Source: Camelus ferus
Taxonomy: Eukaryota
DNA length: 64,000 bases
NCBI RefSeq assembly: GCF_009834535.1
Contig: NC_045696.1
Location: 63,428,001 to 63,492,000, forward strand
Direction of reading: 5' to 3'
Of the stretch, positions 24,131 through 37,121 are shown one piece after another. The position numbers and the translations under genes are program-made. The number at the start of each line of letters is the position of its first letter. Position 1 is the first letter of the stretch. The notes under the pieces were generated by a model. It made no database searches, was not told the DNA's origin, and saw only the letters and a program-made list of their open reading frames with translations.

Positions 24131-25689
24131 GATTCTCTGAATGCTCGTGCTGACAACTCGACTTCTACCTCCCAAGTGATTGCAGCGGGAGGAAGCAGGT
24201 TATGAGCCTTTGTCTGTATAACCCAACAGGTTAAATTTTTTTTAATGGGGGGGAAAAGAAATGAAAACGTGGCGGGTTTTTCACAAAGGCCCCTGTGAAT
24301 GATTGACATACATTTAAGCAGACGACGTATTTGTGCGATGCCAGGGGGCTGATACATTAATAGATATAATTTGTAGGCTCCCAAGGAGAGGTTAAAGAGG
24401 AGAGCACAGATTCCTTTGAGCTGACTTGGTGCTTCCATGTCATCTGTCCCAGCCTTAATCAAGTTATCATATCAACCCAGTGTCTCCTGGACCCCAGCTC
24501 TCTGTCTGAATGAGGAAAAAATTTGCAGACAAATTTCTAGCAGCAGGAAGTTGGTGCTCTCCTGCGAGGCCGGATAAAAAGTACCTGTAACCTCTCCAGG
24601 CCTCCCTCCTGCTCCTGCTGGGAGTTCAGTTCAAGTGTTTCCCTTATTTGATTACGCCTCTCAGGCCTTGTCTGGTGTAGGTATCCAATTCGCTGCCGTG
24701 CCCACTGGCTCCCTACAAAGCAGAAAACATTAGAGTCACTCTTTTGTGAAATTATGGGGAAGCTGAGTGGGCCAAGCACTTGCGGTGTGTGTGTGTGTGT
24801 AGACACACAGATGTGTATAAAGAGAGGAATGCTGTTTGTTAGCAAATGTGGCAGTGATTTATATTCACTTCCTTTAGTCACAGAGCAACTGAGTGGCATC
24901 CCCAAATTCTCACCATAAAAAATAAAAGAGGTGAGAGAAAAAAATAACACTCCTGCTAAGTGCTATATATCATTACTATTTTTTTTATTGTTTGCAAAAC
25001 TTTATAACATGCATAATTTACAATCAATGGACCAAATTCTCCTTTTATGAATTTCTTTTCTTTGTGACGATATAATTCAAATTATAGTGCTATATATTAT
25101 TTTATCATTAAAGTATGAATTATGATGGTCTTTGTAACTGTTTTCACTCAAGACTATTACTGGACCGATGTTGATGTGTTGGTAGATTTGTGCATATCCA
25201 TCTCTCCTACACATTAATTTATGGGTGGACGAAAAGAGTGTAGGTGATATGTGTTGTAAGTAGATCCCTACTCTACGTTACCTTTTATTTATTTATTTTT
25301 CTACACTACCTTTTAAAAATTGGTTTTCTTTTTAAAAAGTCACACAATCACTGAGAAACAAACAACCCTCCCCCCCCCAGCCCCCATCCACTGCTAAAAC
25401 TTGGCAAGCTTTTGTATCCATTTCCGGAAATACCAACCTAATCAAAGGAAAATAATGGTAACACTTTTTAACTTCAGGTGCCCAAAACAGCTGAGAATCC
25501 GGCCTAAGAGAAGCATTTTCGGATCAGCCTGCAGCTTGGGACAGACGGGCCCTGGCGAGGAGCTGGTAGCGCTGAACACTCGGAGGGTGAAATTGGACTT
25601 GGCTGGCTAAGGTCAGTGCTGGGCTGGGAAAACGAGGAGTTAGCAACTACCCATTCATTCCTAAGGGAAAAAAAGGAAACACACCGTCC

Positions 25690-26260
25690 GAACTCAAGAT
25701 GCCTATTGATTTATCCCCGTTAACAGGCGGGGCACTTGAGAAGCCAAGTCTTGGGGCTCGTTAGCGTCTTTATTGAGAGAAGACGGTCCCCGCGAGTTCC
25801 CACGGGGGCCGGGAGTCAGCGGGGCGCAGGGCGCAGGCTGGGAGAGGCGGCTTTTCTTAAAGGCCTTCACAAAGTCCGCTGGAATCTCAACGGTTAAAGA
25901 GAGCTCGCCGCACAAAGGGGCGCCCCGGCGGTAATCGAGAAATAAATTTGATTTTCTGAATTCTTTGGCAGCTGGTGACAAAGGGCCAGGTATGGCGCGC
26001 GGTGGGGGTGATCCGAGCCGAGGCGGCCGCCTGGCGGGGCGCACAAGCCCGGGGGCGGGGGGAGCACAAAGGCGGCGGCCGGCGTCACAAAGGCCGACCT
26101 GGGGCTCCACGCTGCCCGCCTGCCCTGGGGGCCAGTAACTGTGAGCAGCGCGGGGCACAGACTGGCCTCCGCGGAGCCCCTAAACCGGCTCAGGCCACCC
26201 TGCTGCTGGCCCAGGTGCTCAGGGGCTGATTCCCCGGCCACCAACTGCATCCTGGAACTC
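25690..26260. promoter_or_regulatory. CpG island (promoter- or enhancer-like)
   Basis: About 40 CpGs counted by eye in 25759-26188 in an otherwise CpG-depleted window; GC box gggggcgggg 26051-26060; no repeat recognised. Confidence 0.85.
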
Positions 26261-26594
26261 CCAGGGCCTTCTGCTGGGGCCACAAGCTCTTTAAGTGCTT
26301 AATCGGTTCATCAAGAAATGTCCACAAACCCCTTGCCTAATTCAGCCTTTTGCTACGATTTGGGAGGATCGCCAGAAACTCCTTGAAATTTCCCCAGATT
26401 CCTCCCGGCTCAATGGACTGGGCCCTCCCTTGTCTTTATTTATCAAGTTCTCTTTGGTCTGAGTCATGTCTGTCTGTCCCATCTGTAAGTTTCTTGAAGG
26501 GCAGCGGTGGATGTTACTCTTCCTTTGGTGACAAAGCCGAAGTGGGAAATCCCCGGGGAAATGTAGCTGCCAGGCATCTAACGGCAGGAATGAA

Positions 26595-26670
26595 TGCTTC
26601 ATTCATTCATTCATTATTTCAAAAACATTTCCTGAGCGCTGCTCACTGGTCCCCCAGCACTGTACTGATC
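26595..26670 (-). mobile_element. L2 3' terminus
   Basis: ttcattcattcattc..aacatttcctgagcgctgc..ccagcactgtact. Confidence 0.65.
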
Positions 26671-27627
26671 TCAGTTTCCCCCTCCTCTGTCTCCTGTCAC
26701 ATCTTGCTCCTGAGTCAGCTACAGAAGCAGCACCTCCCAAACTCTCCTGGAACAGAGCGTCTGGCTCCCCCAACCAGCCGAGAGAGCCCTGCTGGTAAAA
26801 GCACAGACTGGCTTCTCCTCAGACTTGAAGATGTGTGTGGGCCAGATTTCCTCCGCACCACTCTGAACGTTCCAAAAGCCACTACCTCAGATGCTAGACA
26901 GACTTTGGTCTTGTTCCATTCGCGTCCAAAAGGAGGCCGTCCATAAGGCTGATTTTATTTGTAGAGGATGTCAGGATTCCAGAAAGGCAGGCTCGGGAAG
27001 GAACAAAATGTGTTAAACATACAGCTTGCTGAGGCTCTTTCATACTCTTTCTGAGCAAATCGGTACCTAAAAAGAAGCCCCGTGCCTTTAGCTGCTATTA
27101 AAATCCAAGTGGCTATTTTTTTTTTAATTGTAGAAATGGGACTCCCCTGCTAGATTAATTCCTCCCCAGGCTGAATTCCTTTTGGCTGATTCCTCTACTT
27201 GACCCTTTCTCAGAACCAGCACTAGCAAGTAATAATACCAGAGCCTCTTGTTGTGTGCGTGTGCCCTTAGACTCTGTCTCAGAGGCATCCTCTTTCCTGC
27301 TGGACCCGTTTTATTTCAGGTTAATCCCTAATTAGATTCAGTGTAAGGCGGGACCTGTGTGTGTGTGAACGTGGGCCTGTGCATGTGAGTAAGGTGCTTG
27401 CAATCAGCAGCACAAAGGCTGAGAATGAGGCATGATTAAATGAGTGTCTAAATATAGAACAAGTACCCTAGGAGTTCTCGGAAGATAAATCCTTCTCACC
27501 CCAGGCCAGGGACAGCAGCTTGCCATGTGTCCGTCTGTGTCATAGTGGAGTAGTGTGAGGCTGATAGCAGAGGAAGATAGTTATCATACTCTGGGAGGTC
27601 AGGTAAAGAAGGTTCCAACTGCTTCAC

Positions 27628-28192
27628 TGTATTAGTTACCTATTACTACATAACAAATTACCACAAACTTAGTGGTGTAAAATAACACCCATTTGTTGTC
27701 CCACAGTTTCTGTGGGTTAGTTATGTGGGACAGCCTTGGCTGGGCCCCCTGTTTCAGGGGCTCTCACCAGGCTTTAATTCAGGAGTCAGCCGGGGCTGGG
27801 GTCGCATCTGCAGCGTGACTGGGGAGGCATCCACTTCCAAGCTCACAGGGTTGTGCACAGGATTCAGATCCTTGAGGGTTGTTGGACTGAGGTCCTTAGC
27901 TCCTTGAGGGCCATCAGCCAGAGGCCACCCTCACTTCCTTGCCCCATGGACCTCTCTATATGGCAGCTGACTCCATCAGAGCTAGCGAGGGAGACAGTAC
28001 AGAGTCTGCTAGTAAGGTATCACCATCTTATGTAGTATAATCATGGGAGTGACATCCCACCATCTCTGCAGGATTCTGTTGGGCAGGAACAAGCCACAGG
28101 CCCCGCCCACACTTGAGTGGAAGGGATTACACAAGAGTGTGGATACCAGGAGGCATGGACCACAGGGGCCTCCTTAGAATCTGTCCACTACA
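27628..28192 (-). mobile_element. MaLR solo LTR (MLT1F/G-like)
   Basis: tgtattagtt..ataacaaattaccacaaacttagtgg..gtgacatcccaccatctctgc..ggataccaggagg..ccactaca; 5-bp TSD ttcac/ttcat. Confidence 0.88.
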
Positions 28193-29759
28193 TTCATTTC
28201 AGCTGCAAATAAACCACGGCCCTAAGATGAGGATGTGCTCTGGTCACAGTCTCAGTGAGTTTGTCTAGTGGCTAGATGCTCATCCCGCTAGGATTTCTAT
28301 TCTGTCTTGTGCACTTTTCTCTATAATACAGATTTAACATCTGTGAAGCCCCACGTTCTAGAAAGCAGGTGTGGTCTCTACACAGCAGTCTTTGCTGCCA
28401 GCTTAACACCTACTCCCCTGTCATCACTGTGGTCCCTCTCTAAGGAACTCAAGAACTGCAGTTTCTCTGGCCTCCACAAAATATTCCAAAACCAAAATGC
28501 TAGAAAGAATCCCCTTTCCAGATCAATTAAATGAGAAAATTTTGAGAATATCAGAGTTCCACCCTACTTCCACCCTACCCCAACTCCTTTTAACAGGTGA
28601 GAAAACTGAAGCCTAGAAAGAAGTCATTTATTCAAGCTCCCATGGACACAGTCGACATATATAAAGTATCAGAGAGAAGGTGCTGGCTTGAGCAAGCAAC
28701 CATATGAGGAACTGGCCAGCAGGACAGCTGGAACCAGGATTCAGAGCACCCAGGGTGACTCCTGTCCCATCTCTCCACAGCAGCCAGCAGCCCCAGGTCC
28801 CCAGGCCCATCCAGGTCCAGAGACCAACAGGAAAACAATCAAATAACAGTCCAAATCCCAACAGGCCACGTTGCTTCTTGAGGGGGAAAAAAAATCTGCA
28901 CATATTATAAATTCTGGACATGCAAAGGCTGCTTAAATAGCTGGTTCCCCAGGGACCACACATCACTGACAGCCAGAGCACAGTGTAATAGGACCCTCGC
29001 TTCATTCCTGTAATTTCAGCTGGATTACAGTTCCCACCACAAGCAGTGGAAGTTACATCTAATTTGACATGAAGAGAGAGAGAGAGAGAGACAGGGAGAG
29101 GGAGGTTGAGATTTTTTTTTCCGGGTCCAAGTCTTCGTCTCACCCCCTCTGTGCACTAGAGAGAAAAAGTAGTATCTTCTGACCTCTGGTCACTGCATTT
29201 GGCCAAACAGCCTCCCAGGAAGCTATGGACAAAATTTCCCTCCAACCTATACTCTTATCAGAGCGGCCCCTGGCTGCATTCTCCTTCCTTGGCCCTCAGA
29301 GGATAACAGGGGTGGGGCAGAGAGACAAATAAAACGGAGTATAATGAGTTCTTCGCCTATTCATCTTGAGTTTAGAAGCCCTGTGTTACCTCTTTGCTGG
29401 CTTCAGAGAGCTAAAATCACTCCCTTTGTTGGAGTAGTTCAGAGAACACAAAGAGGTAATAGCTCCTCGGACCAGCTCACTAAGTAGTTCTGATCCCACG
29501 CTACCTTTGGGTTTTATCTCCTGGGCCCAGATGGACTTTCTGAAGGTGCTTGTTTCCCGACAGAAAGCAAAATAGACTTCAGAAAAATAACCATCACATT
29601 GTTTGGGAAGAAATAAAGAGGGGACATTTATTTTAGCAAAAGATGGTCTCTCCTGGGGTGCATAACTAATTTGGTAGGAATGATTCTGTTTTAAATAGAA
29701 TCCATGTAAGTGTTAGAATAACCTGGATTGATTTTCAGGGCCTTTTAGACTCTCGGACC

Positions 29760-30125
29760 TTACCGTTTTCTGAACGTGGACTGTCAGGGCTCCGTCCCTT
29801 TGCACATGCTGGTTGGTCTCTGCACCTGGAGTTGCTTCCACCTCTTCTTTCCTACAAACGTCTTACCCACCTGATAGGGTGCAGCTCCCTCCTCGGTAAA
29901 GCCTGCATGTGTCCTGGTTCCCCCCACTCCCCTCACTATGCACAGGTGGGGGCTTTCCTCTCTGGACGCTCGCAGCCCTTCTTCATAGCTCTGTCTGGAT
30001 GCTGACAGCATTGGCCCTGGAGAGACTGATACAGCCTGAGAGGAAGGCTTTCGTCTTGTTCATTTTGTTTTCCTTTTTGTAGGACTTTTACACAGCTCAC
30101 AGTGGCACATGTTTGATGGGTGGAT
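29760..30125 (+). mobile_element. L2 fragment
   Basis: ccctttgcacatgctg..ctctgcacctggag..cctcctcggtaaagcct..ctgagaggaaggc..tcttgttcattttgt. Confidence 0.6.
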
Positions 30126-30377
30126 GGACTGGTAAATTGCTCTGAGGCAAATTTCTTCGATTTGGTTATACTGAATCTTTGTTAGCAAATTGCCAGCTAG
30201 CACTACTGTGCATATAGAGCCAGAATTGAAATGATTCAGAGCTGCTATGTGCAGATATGAACTTTAAAGAAGACAAAGGCTTCCAGGTGGAAATACAGCA
30301 CAAATGAGTTGGAAGCTTCTTGGATCAAAAGGAGATTAGGGCCCCCTATTCTCCCACATTCCTCATCGTTCTCTGCA

Positions 30378-30580
30378 TTTCCTGAGCACTCAGTGGGTCC
30401 AGATGGTATGCTAGGGGCTTTACAGAGACAATCACAAAGTCCCTCTAAGGGCCTATGATGCTCATTTTACAGATGAGAAAACTGAGGCACAGAGATGAAG
30501 TAAGTTGCCCCGGGTCATCTACCTGGTGATGGAGGCAAGTGTTAGCCTGAGCTGTCGGACTCCAGCTCACAGCCTCTAAA
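30378..30580 (-). mobile_element. MIR SINE
   Basis: cattttacagatgagaaaactgaggcacagagatgaagtaagttgccccgggtcatc. Confidence 0.85.
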
Positions 30581-30624
30581 GGATCACAGAAGCTTTGTCC
30601 CATGTGTGCACTGGCTGTGACTGA

Positions 30625-30960
30625 GGGTTTATGGCACACTGGTTCCTGCTCCTGGTGCTTCGAGTACTCAGATGAAAGCGATCGGGTCTGCGACATTGAA
30701 GTTCTCTAAGGAGGGGTGGAGGTGGGAGCTCAGACAAGCACACAAGTTACTGCAATGCAGGATGAAAGGAAAATGCCATTAGGAAGCATGACGTGTTGTG
30801 GGAAGAGATTACCTGGGGGTTGGATCAGGAAAGGCATCTTGCAGGAGGTGAGTCTTGAAGGGTGGGGAGAATATCAACAGATCTGTGGGGAGAGATCCAG
30901 AGAGAGGCTATGGAGGAAAGAACTGGGTGAGGGGTACAGGGGGCAGTGGGGGAGGCCAGG
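30625..30960 (-). mobile_element. L2 fragment
   Basis: gatcaggaaaggcatcttgcaggaggtgagtcttgaagggtg. Confidence 0.55.
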
Positions 30961-32727
30961 TACCAGCCAAGGGAAAGGAGGCTGGGAGGTGAGGCGGGGC
31001 CAGCACGTGGTGGTTCCAGCTCTCTGCTCGGAGGATGCAGCCAATCTGGTAAGCATTGCCAGGGGCTGGGTTAAGTGAGCAAGGAGAACCTGCAGTCCAG
31101 ATGGATGAAGTACAGCCTAGTGGGGCTGAAGCTTCAAGTACTAACTTAATGTCTCTGTTATGGGAGTTCCAAACTTGTCTCTCCTTTCTGAAGTTTCTGT
31201 CTTCATCATTGGTTTCTACAAGTCTCTGCTCTGGCTCCCACCTCCCCTGCTTTATCCCCCCGCCGCCATGACCTTCCCATTTTAGTTTGAGAGTTCCATG
31301 GGAATGTTTTAGTACCCTTCATAGATTTTCAGGTGGCTAATAACTTGCTGAGAGCCTCCCTGTTCCAGCTCTGTGATTACCCTTTCAGCTGTCCCTCGCC
31401 CCCAGTAGCACTCAGCCATGGAGCCCCACGTTTTAAATATCACACAAATGGTCCTTTGGGCCTTTCCCAGCTTACATAAACGTTATTAAAATCCCATTGT
31501 CTATAAAACGAGTAGAAACTCACTCATGAAGATCCACTTAATGACTTTAAAATGAAGCGCTGTTCAAACCTGTAAGATGTTCACGTTCATAAGGGTCTCA
31601 AGTCTACCGTTCCAGTGGCAGGTCATCCTCCGTCTCTGCCTGAGTGTGTCCAGGGTCATGTTTACCCTCCAGCGAGGAGCCCTGATGCCATTCTTCCTTC
31701 CCAGTGTCACTAGCTGGGACGGGTCCAAATCCACTGGAGAAGCTGAGGCCACACCTCAGGAATTCTGCTCCCCTACTTCTCCTCCCGGCTCTGTGGTTTC
31801 TGCTCACTCATGCCTTCCACTCCTGGTGGCTTAAGGAGATTGTACAACAATCCAAACATTCTTTGAAGGAGCTGCCTTGCTTATTCATCTTTGGATCCAC
31901 TGAGCATGGTGCCTGCACGCAGGAGTTATTCAGTAAGTGTTTATTGACTTGCTTCTTTCCAGTTCACCAGACTTCATGGCCTTGAACCCATTCCCCAGCA
32001 CTCCTCTGGCTGTCTTGCCCACAGCTTTCTAGATCTTATTCCCCAACCGTAATCATGAACTTAGCTCCATTCTGAACTGCATCCCACTTATCATGTCCCT
32101 CTAAAGCTACCAAGCCTACAACTGGATTGGCATCATGGAGACAATGGGTTTTAAAATATTTTTCAACTCCAAAGTGCTATGCAAATGTAGAGAATACAAA
32201 TAAAATGGTGAGTTTTAGATGAAAGACCATAATGGTTAAGAGTCGTGGCAGGACGGTGACGTTAGGCGTGACTTTAAAATGCACAGACTAGGTAAATGAC
32301 CGTGAGGTGAGTTTAGGAGTCTTAGGAGGGTAATTCTCTTCTTGCTTAACAAATATTGACGAGCTACATCTTGTATATATTTAGTTGGAAAACAAAGTGG
32401 GTTTCTTTCAAGTAGTATACTTATGATTTCATTCTACCTACTTCTGTAGACTGTTGGAGAAACTTACAATAGGTTATCAGCCAGAAAAGGAGAAAGAATT
32501 TATTGATCGGCCCCAGCTTTAAAGCTCTGTGAGCACTTGCCCTCTCTCTCTCCACTTGTAAAATGAGGGGGTTGGAACAGATAGCCTGTAAAGTCCCTCC
32601 TGGCCCTGACTGTCTCTGGTTTACTGAGAAAGCCAACCCATTCCCTTTGATTCTTTACAGGGCTGAGTTCAGTTTCCATATGTCTTTTCCGGGCACACAT
32701 CTCATCATTTGCCATTTTTTGCTTGTG

Positions 32728-32846
32728 TAGTTTTCCCCGACTAGACCGTGAGCCCTCCCGGGTCAGGAGGAGTGTCTTGTCCCGGAGTGCCATCCTGACA
32801 CAGAGCCTGGCACGTAACAGATGCTCAGTGAATGTTGTCAAATGAA
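32728..32846 (+). mobile_element. L2 3' terminus
   Basis: ccgactagaccgtgagccctcc..acacagagcctggcacgtaacagatgctcagtgaatgttg. Confidence 0.8.
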
Positions 32847-34004
32847 GAGGTCAGAGGTGCTGCTGACAGTTCTGTCTTCAGATGGTTGAAAGGCTGGGCT
32901 GATGAATGAAACTGAACACCTTATACTTGGGCAGGACTTTTACCAGGAGAAAAAGGTTTCAAATAGCCTGTCTGAAAGCGTTCTTTGGGGGCCCCTTCCC
33001 ATGGTATCTAAAGTTGATGAGTAAGAGAAAGCTAAAAGGGTAGCACATCTCCCTTGGACATGATATTTTCACTTTGTAGTAGTTTTCTGCCTTCTTCTAA
33101 ATTTAGCTGGTGTCTGTGTGGCCATGTCTGATCTCTGACAGCATTTTAACATCACAAGCAGCTCCGCAGGCTGAAGAAGAGCCTTCTGTGTACACCTGAC
33201 CACTTGCTTGGGCGTGCCTGGGGTGCTGTGGTTGGGTGGTGCATCATTCCATCTGAGCTAAGATGATGTCAAGACATCATTTCTTAAGTGGAAAACTCAG
33301 TCATTCATCCAGGTGTTTTGTCTTCAAGGAATAGGTCTCCTGACCTTTGATAACATGCATATATATCAAGGTCCTTATCATGGAGTCCATGAATTTGAAG
33401 GGGGTCCAAAAATATACAAAATGTCAAGACTGTGCAAAGACAGCTGAGCTGGGGGACTGACTGACTGATCTCCATCCCAGCACAACGACTGCCGCGGTGT
33501 TAGCTTGATCACGCTCTTTTTTTAAGGGCACTTCACATTACTGTTGGATTTACTTTCCCTTGTGAAAACTGATTTCATTAACAGGGTCATTCAAATGGGA
33601 AACATTGTGGGAGGATGCTACAGTCGGGTAACAGTTAGCAAGACATCTCCTGCATCAGAGTCCCTGGGTCTCACCCCCTTCAGGCCTGGAAAGGATCCTA
33701 GACGGCACAGTTTCCAAGATCTGTTGGCTGCTGGAATCCTAGCCAAGGAAGTTCAATTTCTGAACAGATTCAGTGGGCAGAACGTACTCTGTAAACCTAA
33801 GTCAAGAGTCTGGAAAACGGCCGGACAAATAAATGCCTTGCTTGGCTGAGCAGATAGAATGAGAAGAAAAAATAAAGAGAAGATGAGGACTGAAGTAATT
33901 CAAAAAGTAAAATTCAGGGGCAGAGAAATAGAAAGAGGGGACATATTTTATAGGTCTAAAATGGAAGAAATGTCAACTTCAGAACAGAGAGACTTGTACA
34001 AGTG

Positions 34005-34128
34005 AGTTCAGTCCTCTGGTTATGTAAACAGGACAGCTAAGGCTCAGAGAAGGGCCAGGACTGCCCAAGGTCACACAGCTAGTTAGAGACATGCCTGAAA
34101 TTGGAACCCAGGACTCCTGGCTCCAGTG
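34005..34128 (-). mobile_element. MIR fragment
   Basis: ctaaggctcagagaagg..ctgcccaaggtcacacagctagttag..ggaacccaggactcctggctccag. Confidence 0.85.
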
Positions 34129-34779
34129 CTGGTAACAGGACATCATAAAGTCATCCAAAACTTATTTTACTAAGATCATCTGTGTTTATTTAATAAAGCC
34201 AGAGAGTCAGGGAAGACAGAGCAATTTAATTAGTAATGATTCACCAGTTCTGTTGGCCTTCAATTCCTTTTCCCCTTTCTTTCTCTGAAGAGTGTTCATG
34301 AAGGTTTAGCTGTCCTCCCAGACCTCTGAAGCTTTGAGTCTTGCAAGAGGAAGATATTCCCATCTCATTCCCATGTCTCATGAGAGGAACCTACAAAAAT
34401 ACCTACCTGAGGTCTCACCAGAGCAGCCCCTCAGAGAATAAGATCTTATCCTTTTGATGCCTTTTTTTCCCAGTCTTTAAACATAAGACAGTGTGAACAT
34501 TTCTTGGGTAGCATATGCCTCTTTATTGCACTGGGCGGTGGGTAATATTTTTGAAGAATTAACTGCTCTATTCTCGTTCCCTTCCCCCTCCATCTCCAGC
34601 AGACATATACACATCTGGGATTTCCTTCTGCCCCAGGCTCTTCCTCTCTGGTCCAAACAGCTGGGGTCCAAACAGTAATCCCATCACTCGCTGCTTCCAG
34701 GAAGGGTGTTGCAGACATGCTTGGAGCCAAGCGTCAATTCCTGCAGGTCACCCGGGAGTAGCAGTGGCCAAAGCTGGGA

Positions 34780-35110
34780 GAGTAACCAGAGTCAGCTTAC
34801 AAAGGCTTTAAATGCTAAAGGAAAGTTTTTTTTTCTTGATCCTGTAGGCCTTGGGATGGCCAGAGGAAGTTTTTAAAGGGGAAGCACCATGATCAGATTG
34901 AGTGTTTTGAAAAGACTGTGGTTGCACTGTGGAAAATCGGAGCAGCAGACAGAGTTCAACAGTAGGGAGGCCAATGACCAATCTGTTGTGGTGGTCAGAG
35001 GGAGAGGTGCTGCTGGCTTGATCTTGGGCGGTTCCAGTAAGGATAAAAAGGAGATGGATTCAACAGGAAAAAAAAAAAAATAGAAGGGAGGATTGGAAGG
35101 ATCTGGCTAT
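34780..35110 (-). mobile_element. L2 fragment
   Basis: catgatcagattgagtgttttgaaaagac..ttgtggtggtcagagggagaggtg. Confidence 0.6.
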
Positions 35111-35444
35111 GCTGAGCATAGAGACTGGAGGCATCCTTGAGGTTGAGGGGAGGAAGTGAGGGAGGGAAGTTGAGGAAAATGAAAATGCAGCTGGGGGCTA
35201 CAGCACACCTAAGGGAGTATGGGGGGCAGACAGGCGTGGCAGGATGTGGTGCCGGGGGGCAGAAGGGAATGAGACGTTTGGCTCTGGGTGCATTTAAGGA
35301 AATTGTGGGACATGAAAGTGGAAACGCAGGTGTGGGATCAGGAGGGACTACAGCTGAACAGAGGCTAGCAAACCAGATGGTGATGACGCCATCGTGGACC
35401 TGAGGCTCTGATGAGTTTATGCCTAATGAATGTCCACCGTCCTA

Positions 35445-35790
35445 ACCACAGGGTCTGCATCCTATGCACTGTCACTCTTAATCTTTCTAAAGCACAGCTC
35501 AGACCCAGTTACCCTACTGCTGCACACAGCCTTCAGTGACTTTTCAAATGCAAAGGGAAAGATTTCTTTCCAGGTCCTTCATGACCTGGCCTCACCCTGC
35601 TCTTCTCCAGTTATTACTTCTCCATGTAAATATTCCTACGTTTCTTAAAATTAAACTGTCTTTTCTTGACTCTTAATTCTCGTGCTCATTCTCTTCTGTC
35701 ACTTGGAATGCTTTTTTTTATCTCTTCCTGCTGAAATTTTATCTATTCTTCCAAGAATCAAGTGAAATCTTTCCTGGCCACCCCTGTAAG
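35445..35790 (+). mobile_element. L2 fragment
   Basis: taatctttctaaagcacagctcagac..ccttcagtgac..ccttcatgacctggcctc..cttggaatgct. Confidence 0.65.
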
Positions 35791-36397
35791 TGGTCTTCGG
35801 GATTCTTATACCTCTTAGTTTAAATTGTGATAATACTTCTGCTGTGTGACACCCCTTCACCCACCACTGCCACCATCACATACCTTGTGACCCTCTGCAG
35901 CCCCCAAAACTTCCGCACTATGTGCCTCAAGGAAGGGGCACCTGTGCAGACTGCAGAGAGCTTCCGAGGGCAGACCCTGATGAATATGTTACAGAAACAC
36001 CTCTCCCTCCTGAGCTGAGTGTCCTGTGGTGAAGGGGTCATGCCTTGTTGTATTCCCTAGAGCAGCTGTCATGGAGAGTTGTGAATGGGTCCAAAGGATG
36101 TGGCTGATTTGTGTTTTGGTCCTCAAGGAAGATTTGAGTGTTCTGCCCAGTAGAGAAATAAGAAATGGAGGACGTTGCGTTGTTGACCTCAGGGAGGCAG
36201 ACTGTAGGTTCTGCTGCTTTTACTCACAAATAGGCCTCTTTGAACCCCAGTGACCAGGAGCAGATGTCCCTCAGATTTAAGATCCTCCTTAAAAATAATA
36301 TTGCATTAAGAAGTAGAACAATAATTGTGTCAAAATGAGATCATGGACTTTCCCAGACTTATCTAAATCCCCACACTAAGTGTGGCCTCCCTGTTTT

Positions 36398-36400
<3 letters not shown>

Positions 36401-36432
<32 letters not shown>
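36401..36432. repeat. (GT)16 microsatellite
   Basis: Read directly. Confidence 0.95.
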
Positions 36433-36435
<3 letters not shown>

Positions 36436-37121
36436 GTCAGTTCAAGGCCAGAAGGAGAACTGTCCTAAACTGGGAAATGGAGTTAAATGTGAGGAAAGAG
36501 GCCACTGCGTGGATAGCATTCCTGAGATGATGGGTTTGAAAAGTGGGTGTGCCAGAAATTTCCTGGAAAGTTTATTTTTGCTGAGTTTTAAGCCTGACTT
36601 CAGACCATTAGAGCTCTTGGATAATGCCAGTTTGTTGAAACATGTCGAGAGCCAGCTGTCCCTAGAAATGAGGTTCTCTCTTGCCAGCTGAGAGTTTTGT
36701 GGTCTGGCTCACCCATGTGCTTGAGTTAAGCCAGACCTTAACTTTTAAAGCAAATCGTAAGGTCAGAGAGATGCTGTACTGCCAGTTGGGCTGATAGGAG
36801 TTTATCTAGACCAGGGAGCTTGTGAAAACACAGCTCCTGACTCAGGTGGTCTGGAGGAGGGTGGGACTCTGCTAGTCCACCCATTAGGCTTTGAGGAGCT
36901 GCCTTCTGGAGGGTGTGGCTTCCTCTCAGTGCGGGAGGACCCGGTCTGACCCACCTCCATCAGGCAGTCCTTCCATTGGGGTTCAAAGTATTTTTTTTTT
37001 CTTTTAATTTCAAGGCTTCTAGAAAAACGAAAATGCCCTTGGGTTGGGATGGGGGTGCAGCAAAGGTCTCCACCTGAATTGGGTCAGGACATATGTCATT
37101 GCTATTTAAAATAAAATAAAT

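Noticed and set aside
25703..26946. ORFs of 129-198 aa over and next to the CpG island
   Set aside because: Arg/Pro/Ala/Gly-rich products typical of GC-rich DNA, one running through an L2 fragment; no recognisable homology.
30671..30697. Resemblance to the 7SK RNA 5' end (gatg..gcgatc.gg.ctgcgacat)
   Set aside because: Under 30 nt, gapped, no continuation, no tail or TSD, and lies within an L2-like region.
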